A DNA stretch of 61,359 nucleotides, counting the filler. It is 5 parts of 5 records of this genome, joined end to end, with 100 filler letters (N's around TTAATTAATTAA, not from the genome) between each part and the next. Parts side by side here need not be neighbours in the genome. Positions count along the whole stretch, not along the records: positions 23,084 to 40,007 come from SRR31156797_22766; positions 40,108 to 47,379 come from SRR31156797_22776; positions 47,480 to 61,359 come from SRR31156797_22807; 2 more parts are not named here. One strand, 5' to 3'. Below the pieces are notes generated by a model, which was given only the letters and a program-made list of their open reading frames with translations, was not told the origin of the DNA and did not search any database. Numbering within the stretch: position 1 is the stretch's first letter; every line of letters begins with the position of its first letter. Of this stretch, positions 38,413 through 47,573 are shown in pieces. The position numbers were made by a program, and so were the translations under genes.

Positions 38413-39990
38413 ATGAACAGACTGAAAGACAATGTTTTATTTTTCACATTCTTTATCTTGCTTATTGTCTCTCAGACAGCTGCGGCAGAGAATAAGCCTG
38501 TAAAGGGCGGCACCCTGGTCTGGGGCAGAAGTGCGATGATTCATTCACTGGATCCCGCCACGGCGGTTTCATCGGAATCAATGGCTGCAATCAATACCAT
38601 TTATGACACCCTGGTTCGGTACAGCAATGATTTCAACAAACTGGAACCCGGACTCGCAGTGTCCTGGCATATTTCCGACAACGGAAAACTCCTCACATTC
38701 AAACTCCGGCAGGGGGTGTTTTTCCATGACGGCAGCAAATTTAATGCCCAGTCCGTGGTCTTCTCCTATTCAAGGCAGATAGACCCCTCCCATCCCTATT
38801 ATCCCCCCGACATCGGATATGCCAAATATATTTTCAATATGGTGCGCCGGGTTTATGCCATTGCCGAATATGAAGTGGGAATTGAGCTGAAAAAGCCCTA
38901 TGCGCCCTTTATTCACAGCCTTACCATTCCGGCCGCAAGTATCGTCAGTCCCACAGCGCTAAAGAAATGGAGAGATAAATTCGAGACACATCCCAGCGGT
39001 ACGGGCCAGTTCAGGCTCGAAAGATGGGAATCCGGTGAACGGGTCGCCCTTGTGCCCAATGAAAAGTACTGGGGCCCTCCCCCCCTCCTTGACAGGCTGG
39101 TATTTAAAACCATCACCAACAGCAGGGACCGGTTAATGGAACTTACCACGGGTTCCATCCATGTGATGGATGGGATCGGACCGGAGGAACTGAGTACCAT
39201 TTCCAGAAATAAAGACCTTCGTTTCGCCAGTGTCCAGGGCCTGAACACCTGTTTCATTACCATGAATACCCAAAGCCCGCCCTTTGACAATAAAAAAGTG
39301 CGCCAGGCAGTCAACTATGCCGTCAACAAGAAAAAGATTGTCAAGCTATTATACCAGGGGCTGGCAGAACCGGCCGTGAACCCTTTTCCCCCAAGTATCT
39401 GGGGGTACAACCACGATATTTCAGGGTATGACTACAACCCGGAAAAAGCCCGGGTCCTGTTGAAAGAAGCAGGGTATCCCAATGGATTTGAAACCACACT
39501 GTTCAAATTGCCCGTCCCCCGTTTCTACAATCAGCTGCCCGATAAAACCGCCCGTCTTATCCAGGCCAATCTGGCCGCAGTGGGTATCCGGGCGCACATA
39601 TCCACCTTCAAGGACTGGAAAACCTATCGCTCGATGCTGCAACAGGGCAAACACCAGATGGCCTTTTACGGCTGGGGCGCGGAATACAAAGACCCGGATT
39701 ATTTTTTATATGACCTTCTGGGCACGGACAATGCCGTCATGGGAAAAGGGTATAATTTTTCTTTTTTTAAAAACCATGCGTCCAATGCCCTGATTATAAA
39801 AGCGCAAGGGATCTCAGACCAGGCCGAAAGGGAAACGCTCTATAAAAAAGCCCAGGAAATTATACACGAACAGGCCCCATGGGTCCCCCTGGTGCACAGC
39901 CGGCAGCTCCTGGCGTTTCATAAACGTGTGCACGACATTATTTTAGACCCGAGGGAGTACTATAATTTTAAACATGCCTGGCTTGAATAA
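38413..39990 (+). CDS. ABC transporter family 5 (DppA/OppA-like) substrate-binding protein
   Basis: GGAGG RBS, signal peptide, SLDPA, PGLAVSW, FKLRQGV.FHDG, PSGTGQF, PFDNKKVRQA, YNPEKA..LL.EAG. Confidence 0.92.
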   Translation: MNRLKDNVLFFTFFILLIVSQTAAAENKPVKGGTLVWGRSAMIHSLDPATAVSSESMAAINTIYDTLVRYSNDFNKLEPGLAVSWHISDNGKLLTFKLRQGVFFHDGSKFNAQSVVFSYSRQIDPSHPYYPPDIGYAKYIFNMVRRVYAIAEYEVGIELKKPYAPFIHSLTIPAASIVSPTALKKWRDKFETHPSGTGQFRLERWESGERVALVPNEKYWGPPPLLDRLVFKTITNSRDRLMELTTGSIHVMDGIGPEELSTISRNKDLRFASVQGLNTCFITMNTQSPPFDNKKVRQAVNYAVNKKKIVKLLYQGLAEPAVNPFPPSIWGYNHDISGYDYNPEKARVLLKEAGYPNGFETTLFKLPVPRFYNQLPDKTARLIQANLAAVGIRAHISTFKDWKTYRSMLQQGKHQMAFYGWGAEYKDPDYFLYDLLGTDNAVMGKGYNFSFFKNHASNALIIKAQGISDQAERETLYKKAQEIIHEQAPWVPLVHSRQLLAFHKRVHDIILDPREYYNFKHAWLE

Positions 39991-40007
39991 ACAGCCGGAA
40001 GCGCTTC

Positions 40008-40107
40008 NNNNNNNNNNNNNNNNNNNNNNNNNNNNNNNNNNNNNNNNNNNNTTAATTAATTAANNNNNNNNNNNNNNNNNNNNNNNNNNNNNNNNNNNNN
40101 NNNNNNN
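40008..40107. other. Artificial contig spacer
   Basis: N-run with TTAATTAATTAA. Confidence 0.98.
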
Positions 40108-40953
40108 CAGGCATAACAAATCGGCATCCCGATAGTGGCCGGCCACGCCGGTACCGATCACCGGGCCATGCAGATGAATCGGCAACGAGTCATATTGGGA
40201 TAGGATTTTTTCGAATCCCGGTTCGATTGGGCCGACCAGGTGTAGATCGGCAACGCCATCCATCGCCTTGAGCGCCGCCAGCAACGTGGCGACACCTTTT
40301 CGAACACCGACCTGACCGACGAACAAAATCTTCACCTTGCCCTCGCCATCCGGTCGCGACGGTGCGGATGGCGGCAGGTCGGTCCCGTAGGGATTGACGA
40401 TAAGGCGTTTTGTTGGAATTCCTCTCGTCACGAATGTATCGGCCGCAAATCGTGTCGGAACGGCAATGGCGTCGACTTGATCGTATTCGGCCAGTTCCCG
40501 TTCGATGATAGCCGGATTCATCGGTGGCGCGCCGAGGCCAAGACGTCCGTATTCGGCCTCCAGAACCTCTTTCTGATGCAGGATATGCGTCGATCCCCGT
40601 TCCAGAACCACCAGCATGTTCCTGTTCCGCGCCGCCGGGATAGCCTCCAGGGTTGCCGAACTCCATCCCACCAGAATGTCCGCATCGTCGGAAAGGGTTC
40701 GTTCGGTAAACCGTCCGAACGCCCGATGCAGCCCCGGATCGCAGGAAGGGATAACAGCCGGCAGCCGCGCCTGGGCTCGTCGCCAAACTTCCAGCCACCC
40801 GGCCGACCGTACCTTCGTTCCCGGTGCCAGGAAACGCCGCGCAACAAATCGAGGATAGGTCGTTGCCACCTGCGACAACACCCCTCGCGTTTGCAGTCCC
40901 CGCGCCAGTTCAAAGGCGTGATAGCGGCCGTGAACGGCAATCGCGATCTTCAC
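40108..40953 (-). CDS. GT4-family glycosyltransferase, 3'-truncated
   Basis: GRYHAFELA, LERGSTH, ILFVGQVGVRKG; GTG start overlaps the upstream stop. Confidence 0.85.
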
Positions 40954-42194
40954 GGCGTCTTCCCCGCAATCGCAGAAATCAGTAGCCTCTCGGCGACACG
41001 GGCCTGTGCATCCCAACAAAATTCCCGCAGTTTTATGTTGGAAATCCCAGCCGGTTTCGCCGGTTCGCGGCAGACCAGGGAGAGGGCCGATACAATATCG
41101 CTGACTTCGGCACAGGAAAAAAACCGTCCGCCGACATCGGAGATTATGGATTCTGCTTCGGCGCCCTCTCCCGGTATGCAGATCGCCGGGCGATCCGCCG
41201 CCAAATATTCGAAGATCTTGTGATGGAAATGCACCTCTGGGCTACGCAGATAGATGTTGACCGTTGCCCGGCGCATCTCGTCAAACAGCGTCGATAGAGA
41301 AACAAACCCGGGAGCCTCGATCCTGCATCCACCGCCAAGCTGTTTTGCCGCATGGGCAAAGCGCTCGGACTCCGCACCGAAATAGGATAGCGATACGGGA
41401 TGATCCGGTTCTTGGCGTCGAAATTCGCCGAGCCAACCGGCAATTCCATCCATCAGCAGAGCGAGATGTCGGTCTTCGTAGAGGCCGCCGGAAATCAGTA
41501 TTCCAACGCCGTCCGAATTCACCGGCACATCCCGACCGGAAACCAGGTCGTCGGATATTCCGCTGTAAACGACTTCGGCATGGCGATCGAACCATCGTCG
41601 TGCATCAACCGCGTGGGTCGCGGACAGCGCCGTGGCAAAAGAGGCGTTTTTGTATCTGGCCGGCAGACGTGAACGAAATTGCGACGGGATAAAGGCATTC
41701 CAGTTGTCTTTGAAATCCATGCCCCACGGGCACCCGCGCAATGCCGATATGGCTTGGGCGATATTCCACGCACCCGTGTTACCGAACGTCGCCCAAATGA
41801 CGTCCGGTTTGAAATCGTCGGCAACGATGCGCCAATAGGGTCGGCTGCCTTTGACCCAATCGGTAAAGGGTCCGCCATACAGGGCAAAATGTCCGGCCAA
41901 ACAGGCTTTCCCGACGAGTGCAGGAAGGGAGCCGATTCTGGCCCGGCTCAATAAAGGACTTTCCGCCGGCGAACAGGAAAGGATGAAAGGCTTGCCCCAA
42001 TCATGCTCCTGCAACTGCCGCCGAACCCGTTCCGGCGGCGGCGATGCCCCCAGGCTCTCGGCCCCTTCGACCAGCAACAGGGTGCGGTGGCCGAAGCGCG
42101 CCAGCGATTCCGCAAACTTGCCAAACCGAAGCCCGCAAACATGTGGCGTCTCGGGGTGGCAATGATTGACCAATAGGATCGAGTATCCCGGCAC
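40950..42194 (-). CDS. GT-B fold glycosyltransferase-like protein
   Basis: PDVIWAT, DFKDNW, ISGGLY, KIFEYLAADRP. Confidence 0.75.
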   Translation of the reverse strand: MPGYSILLVNHCHPETPHVCGLRFGKFAESLARFGHRTLLLVEGAESLGASPPPERVRRQLQEHDWGKPFILSCSPAESPLLSRARIGSLPALVGKACLAGHFALYGGPFTDWVKGSRPYWRIVADDFKPDVIWATFGNTGAWNIAQAISALRGCPWGMDFKDNWNAFIPSQFRSRLPARYKNASFATALSATHAVDARRWFDRHAEVVYSGISDDLVSGRDVPVNSDGVGILISGGLYEDRHLALLMDGIAGWLGEFRRQEPDHPVSLSYFGAESERFAHAAKQLGGGCRIEAPGFVSLSTLFDEMRRATVNIYLRSPEVHFHHKIFEYLAADRPAICIPGEGAEAESIISDVGGRFFSCAEVSDIVSALSLVCREPAKPAGISNIKLREFCWDAQARVAERLLISAIAGKTP

Positions 42195-42404
42195 CGCCCG
42201 CTTTCCTTGGAATGCCTTGAGGCACCGCCTCGTTTTGTCGGTCTCTTCCGACCAACAGCCATTTGTACAGGAGTAGCGGGAATAGCCGCAAAAGGAAACG
42301 ATCGGAATACTTGTCTGGTTTCGATCCGAAATTGCCGCTTATCCGCCTTAACCAGCCATGTTACGGTTTGCCGTGCCATGGGCTACAGGGAATAAACCGT
42401 TAGA

Positions 42405-43550
42405 ATGGCCACCCGGCTTCTCTATTTCGTCGACCACCCCATTCAGTACCAAGCGCCGCTTCTGCGCCTGATCGCGCGCCAGCCCGACATCGACCTGAAA
42501 GTGGTGTTTCGCAGCGCCGCCGGATCGGCCGAATACTATGACGAAGGCTTCAAGCAACGGGTTCGTTGGGATATTTCCCTTCTCGATGGCTATGATTCTG
42601 AAGTCCTGCCGGATGATCGCGAGGCCCATGAGCGGCTCGACGGATGCGACGTCGCCTGGTTTCACGGATGGCAGGGCAAACGGATGTGGGCGTTGCTTGC
42701 CCATGCCAATCGCCTGCGGAAACCCGTGCTCATGAGGGGAGAGAACACGAGCGCGGCGATGCCGGACGGCGGAGGCCTTCGCGGAGTGGCAAAACGCGCC
42801 TATCTGGATCGCATATTCACCCGATGTTCCGCGTTTTTGTGTATCGGGTCGGCGAACCGTGACTACTACCTGCAACGCGGTATCGATGCGGAGCGGCTGT
42901 TCTCGATGCCCTATGCCATCGATAACGAGTTGTTCTCGGCATCAACCGTCGGGCTCGAGGAACAAAGCAAACTCCGCCACGATCTCGGAATTCCCCCGAA
43001 AAACCCGATCATCCTGTTTGCAGGCAAATTGCAGGCGCGAAAACACCCTCTTACCCTTGTTGACGCCTTCCAATCGCTGGACCGGGAACAATGCGGCAAT
43101 CCGTTCTTGGTCTTTGTCGGCGGAGGTGAACAAAGCGACGCGGTTGAGAAAGCCGCAAAAAGCGATTCTCATATCCTGTTTCTGGGATTCCGGAATCAAT
43201 CCGAACTTCCGAAGCTCTACGGATTGGCTGACATATTCGTGCTCGCATCGTCGCGCGAACCCTGGGGGTTGGCCGTGAACGAGGCCATGGCTTGCCAAAG
43301 CGCGGTCGTCGTATCCGATCAATGCGGCTGCGCACCCGATCTGGTGCCCGATTCCGTCGGGCGGATCGTTCCGGCGGAAGACCCGCTCCCGCTTGCGCGG
43401 ACACTCGCCAATCTGTTGCGCGACCCGGATCGCTTGGACCGGATGGGCCGCGCCGCTCGCGCTCATATCCACGGTTGGAATTTCGAACAGGATTTGGTCG
43501 GTCTTCGGCAGGCTCTTATTGCGGTTCTTCAAAAACCTGGGACAGCATGA
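42405..43550 (+). CDS. GT4-family glycosyltransferase
   Basis: HPIQYQAPL, ILFAGKL..RK, GFRNQSELP, EPWGLAVNEAMA. Confidence 0.9.
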   Translation: MATRLLYFVDHPIQYQAPLLRLIARQPDIDLKVVFRSAAGSAEYYDEGFKQRVRWDISLLDGYDSEVLPDDREAHERLDGCDVAWFHGWQGKRMWALLAHANRLRKPVLMRGENTSAAMPDGGGLRGVAKRAYLDRIFTRCSAFLCIGSANRDYYLQRGIDAERLFSMPYAIDNELFSASTVGLEEQSKLRHDLGIPPKNPIILFAGKLQARKHPLTLVDAFQSLDREQCGNPFLVFVGGGEQSDAVEKAAKSDSHILFLGFRNQSELPKLYGLADIFVLASSREPWGLAVNEAMACQSAVVVSDQCGCAPDLVPDSVGRIVPAEDPLPLARTLANLLRDPDRLDRMGRAARAHIHGWNFEQDLVGLRQALIAVLQKPGTA

Positions 43551-44595
43551 AGCGGACCCGGTTCAGATGTGAATAGCCGCCATCGACACATCGACGCCGG
43601 CCAGCCGCGGCAATCCGATCCCGTTCGTCTTCATGTTCCAGGTAGTGGCGGACCTTGGCCAGCAGTTCTTGCCTGGATTCAAAAAACTCCGCCTCCTTGC
43701 CTTCGTCAAAAAGCCGCATGTGATCGTCAGACCGCTCGGCCAACATAAATCCGCCGCAGGCCGGGATCTCAACGCTGCGGTCGGTTTGCTCATCCCGATT
43801 CAGTTTGCGTAGAAAGCCGAGATTGATCTTTGTCGCACGAATCGCCTTGGTGTAGGCAAGATCGTCAACACTGTTCACAATCGCACGCCCTTCAACCACA
43901 AGGTTTGCGTGTTTGCGGGAAAACGCCTCCCAACCGTTCCCCCAAACCCGAACGTTCAGGCCTTGCTCGGCCAGGAAAAGCATGGCCTCGCCCCGTTCCC
44001 TTTCATACGTGCCGACAAATCCGACATCCCCGCCCAGGGAAACTTTTTCGATTTCGGAAACATCGATCGGAAAATGTTGGTCCGGGTCGAAGGCTTTGTC
44101 GACAAACACGACCCTTTGCGCACCCATTGCCGGTAATTCTTCCGGCCGGCAGTTTCGATTTTTGGTGGTGAAAACAAAGTCATAGTGCGGAAGAGCCTTG
44201 GAGAAAGCGCGCGACCGGTTGTGTCTAAGGAACATGTCGTCTTCCGAATACCATACGATTCGAGGTGGCCGCGGCCGGGATTTCGTATATCGAAGCGTGG
44301 CCGGGCCGATCATATTTCCTTTTTCCACCCAGACGGCATCGAAGTCGTACCTGTCAACGAGGTCCCGGATTTTTCCGTTGACGTTTTCGCTGTCGGGACA
44401 GATTCCCAACCGATTGGCGATACGAAAGGACAGGGAAAACTCGCGATTTCCTTGTCCTGCCTCAAAAAGCCGTGTATGGGAAACAGCCATGACATCCAGC
44501 CCAATTTCCTCCATGGCGCGAAGGCGCATCGGTCCCTTTTCGGCGAAATTAAGATCCGCGACGACCAGGATTCTATATTTGCGATTGGATTGCAT
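43516..44595 (-). CDS. CgeB-like glycosyltransferase
   Basis: FVGTYE.ER, KINLGFLRKLNRD..T.RS.EIPACGGFMLAERS, EAEFF. Confidence 0.85.
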   Translation of the reverse strand: MQSNRKYRILVVADLNFAEKGPMRLRAMEEIGLDVMAVSHTRLFEAGQGNREFSLSFRIANRLGICPDSENVNGKIRDLVDRYDFDAVWVEKGNMIGPATLRYTKSRPRPPRIVWYSEDDMFLRHNRSRAFSKALPHYDFVFTTKNRNCRPEELPAMGAQRVVFVDKAFDPDQHFPIDVSEIEKVSLGGDVGFVGTYERERGEAMLFLAEQGLNVRVWGNGWEAFSRKHANLVVEGRAIVNSVDDLAYTKAIRATKINLGFLRKLNRDEQTDRSVEIPACGGFMLAERSDDHMRLFDEGKEAEFFESRQELLAKVRHYLEHEDERDRIAAAGRRRCVDGGYSHLNRVRFMLSQVFEEPQ

Positions 44596-44759
44596 TTGGT
44601 TTTCGGGCAGTGAATGATGCGGTTATTCAATTGTTCAGGAAGAAAGACTATTCCGAACCGAAGAAGGGTTAAAGAGTTTGGCCAACGAGGTCACCAGTCT
44701 TCTGCTATCCCTTGCCAAACCGGCAGGTTGCAACAGCCCCTCGTCAGTTTGGTGACCGG

Positions 44760-45899
44760 ATGAAAATAATCGTAAACGCCATTTCGGCCCATACCGGCGG
44801 AATGGTCACCTATACAAACAGTATTCTTAAACGTTTTTCGGAAAGCGGCATATCTGCGACCGTCTATGTCCCTCTGGAATTTGCGGGAAAAGAAAAGGGC
44901 ACGGAAAACTCGCTCATCGAAGTACGTGGCACGAAAGCCACCCGTTTTCGACCAATCCGTCGTTTCCTTTGGGAACAGTTTTTGTGGAACCGGATCGTGC
45001 ATGATAACGGGGCCGACGTCCTTTTTTCTTCGGCCAATTACGGTTTATTGAAACCGCCAATTCCGCAAGTGCTTCTTGTTCAAGGCGAGATCAGTTTCAA
45101 CCCGCTCTATCAGGACGTTGTCCTGCCGCGTTTCAACATTTACGAAAAAATTCAATTCTTCATGCGCCGGCGACTGGTTCTTTGGTCTGCCCGGCATTCC
45201 GATGTCGTCATATTCCCATCTGAGACCTCGCGCGATACGGTTATTCGCTACGATCCATCGTTGATGGAGAGATCAACGGTCATCTATCTGGGAACCGATG
45301 AAAGTGCGCTACAACACAAGCATCCACGGCCTTGGCGGCATGACAGCACAATGAGAATTCTATACGTCTCGGTCTACTACCCGCATAAGGATCCAATAAC
45401 CCTGGCTACCGCGACTCGCCTCCTGAACGAAAAAGGCATGAACGCACACGCCTGGATTACCATGGAGCCGAAGGATTTCAAAATTTGGTCAACCGGACCT
45501 TCCGAACTCAAAAGCCTACGCAACGAAGAACTGGCCGGTCATATAAGCATGGGTCGTCTCCCCCACGCACAGGTCGGAAACTCAATGGCCGGCCATGACG
45601 TTCTGGTATCATCTTCTTTGGCCGAAACATTTGGATTTCCTTTGATCGAAGCGATGGCTTCGGGTGTTCCGGTTGTCGCGTCGGACACCGAGGTTCATCG
45701 CGAGGTCTGCGGCGATGCGGCCATCTATTTCAACCCCCGTGATCCCGATGATCTCTGCCGTCGACTGATGGAGTTGGATAAAGATCCCGATTTAAGGAAA
45801 CGCCTCAGTTCTCTTGGCTCGGAAAGGGTGAGGCAAAAATACACCTGGGAACGCCATACGAAGGAAATGCTTGCCTGTTTCGAACGACTCTCCCAGTAG
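44760..45899 (+). CDS. GT4-family glycosyltransferase
   Basis: GGMVTY, YPHK, ETFGFPLIEAMASGVPVVASD...EVCGDAA.YF.P. Confidence 0.9.
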   Translation: MKIIVNAISAHTGGMVTYTNSILKRFSESGISATVYVPLEFAGKEKGTENSLIEVRGTKATRFRPIRRFLWEQFLWNRIVHDNGADVLFSSANYGLLKPPIPQVLLVQGEISFNPLYQDVVLPRFNIYEKIQFFMRRRLVLWSARHSDVVIFPSETSRDTVIRYDPSLMERSTVIYLGTDESALQHKHPRPWRHDSTMRILYVSVYYPHKDPITLATATRLLNEKGMNAHAWITMEPKDFKIWSTGPSELKSLRNEELAGHISMGRLPHAQVGNSMAGHDVLVSSSLAETFGFPLIEAMASGVPVVASDTEVHREVCGDAAIYFNPRDPDDLCRRLMELDKDPDLRKRLSSLGSERVRQKYTWERHTKEMLACFERLSQ

Positions 45900-45951
45900 G
45901 TAGAGCGGGGCACGTCAAGGACGGAAAAACTGGAATTGAGAGACAGCCAAG

Positions 45952-47379
45952 ATGTGCGGAATTGCAGGTATCGTCGCTCAATTTCCCGTAAGGCCGGCTG
46001 CAGTCGAGACGATGATCGATCGCATGGCCCATCGCGGCCCCGACGGCGATGGCATATGGCAAAGCCCTGACAACCATATCGTTCTGGGGCATCGGCGGCT
46101 TGCCGTTCTCGACCCGACCGACCGCGGCCACCAACCAATGGGCGATCCTGCGGGACGCGTCGTCGTCACCTTCAACGGCGAGATTTATAACTACCTGGAA
46201 ATTGCCGCCCGGCTAAAGGAAGAAGGAGCCGAATTCGAAACCGGCACCGATACCGAGGTGCTGCTCCAGGCGTATCTCCATTGGGGAGATGAATTCGTCC
46301 GGGAACTGAACGGAATGTTCTCGTTCTGCCTTTTTGATCGGCAAAGGGACCGCGTCCTGTGCGCCCGCGACCGGTTCTCGGAAAAACCCTTTCTCTATAC
46401 TCAAGGCGAAGGATACTTTGCATTCGCCTCGGAATACAAAGCCCTGTTGGCCCTGGATGGCGTCTCCAGCGACTTCATGGAAGATCGAATTTTCCGTTTT
46501 TTGGAAACGGGACGATTTGGGTTGGATGAAGGCCGGGAAACCGCTTTTCCGGCCATCGAGCAACTTTGCGGCGGCGAGATGCTTGTTTTGGAATCCGGAC
46601 ACCGGGTCCCCCGGATTTCCAGGTATTGGGATTTGAAACGCGATACCGGGTTGGCAAAACTGGACGAGCGGGACGTGATCGAAACGTTTCGCGATCTGTT
46701 GTTCGACTCGGTCAAAATCCGGATGAGAAGCGACGTCGAACTGGGATCTTGCCTTTCGGGCGGATTGGATTCCAGTGCCATCGTCTGCATTGCCCGTCAA
46801 CTGATCGGCCCCGAAAAAAAATACCATGTGTTTTCTGGACGGTTCCCCGGCACCTCGGCGGACGAAGGAGATTTCGCCGATATTGTCGCAAACGAGACCA
46901 AAGCGACTCTGCATATTGCCGAGCCCGATCCGGAAGACCTTGTACAGCAACTGGGGTCTTTCGTTTGGTTCAACGAACTTCCCGTCAGCAGCACCAGCCA
47001 ATTCGCGCAGTGGCGGGTTTTCGAAACCGCCAAGAAATGCGGTGTGACGGTTCTGCTTGATGGCCAAGGCGCCGATGAATTGCTCGGCGGGTACGAGCAG
47101 TACTTCGGATATTACCTGCAGGCCATCGAATCTGCCCGGGGGAAGTCCTTCGCCTTGGCAGAAAGACGCGCCATCAAAGACCGCTATCCGCTTGCCTTGC
47201 CTTCCGCCGATCAAAACGTGAAAACGCTTTTTCCAAGATCCGTGCGCCGTATGGCGGCGCAGTATCTTGGACGCGGCAGCGATTTTGTATTCGGCCTTTC
47301 CCGGAATCTTCCTGCCGCCCCGAATCCACCCTCACATGACCAAGGCTGTGGCGCCGATGCGCTTTCAAGGATTTTGGAA
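45952..47379 (+). CDS. asnB: Asparagine synthase-like glutamine amidotransferase, 3'-truncated
   Basis: N-terminal MCGIAG, HRGPD, GHRRL, FNGEIYNY, LSGGLDSS, LDGQGADE. Confidence 0.92.
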
Positions 47380-47479
47380 NNNNNNNNNNNNNNNNNNNNN
47401 NNNNNNNNNNNNNNNNNNNNNNNTTAATTAATTAANNNNNNNNNNNNNNNNNNNNNNNNNNNNNNNNNNNNNNNNNNNN
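47380..47479. other. Artificial contig spacer
   Basis: N-run with TTAATTAATTAA. Confidence 0.98.
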
Positions 47480-47564
47480 GATTCCTAAGGCCCTCGGCCT
47501 TAGGCGGGTCCAGGGCGCCGCCCTGGTCTCTCCGAAGGAGCGCCCCAGCGAGGCCGCCGGAGGC
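47480..47564. repeat. Palindrome-rich intergenic repeat (REP/MITE-like), partial
   Basis: Serial hairpins CCTAAGGCC/GGCCTTAGG and CCAGGGC/GCCCTGG, ending GGCCGCCGGAGGC; lies at the contig end. Confidence 0.6.
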
Positions 47565-47573
47565 CCTTCCCCA

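Noticed and set aside
14023-47479. Four identical TTAATTAATTAA motifs in N-runs as a biological repeat, and any cross-spacer gene linkage (e.g. His-rich LarC with His-rich DMT, or asnB as nitrogen donor for the dead GatA)
   Set aside because: These are artificial joins; the flanks differ in composition and apparent taxonomy, so adjacency carries no information.
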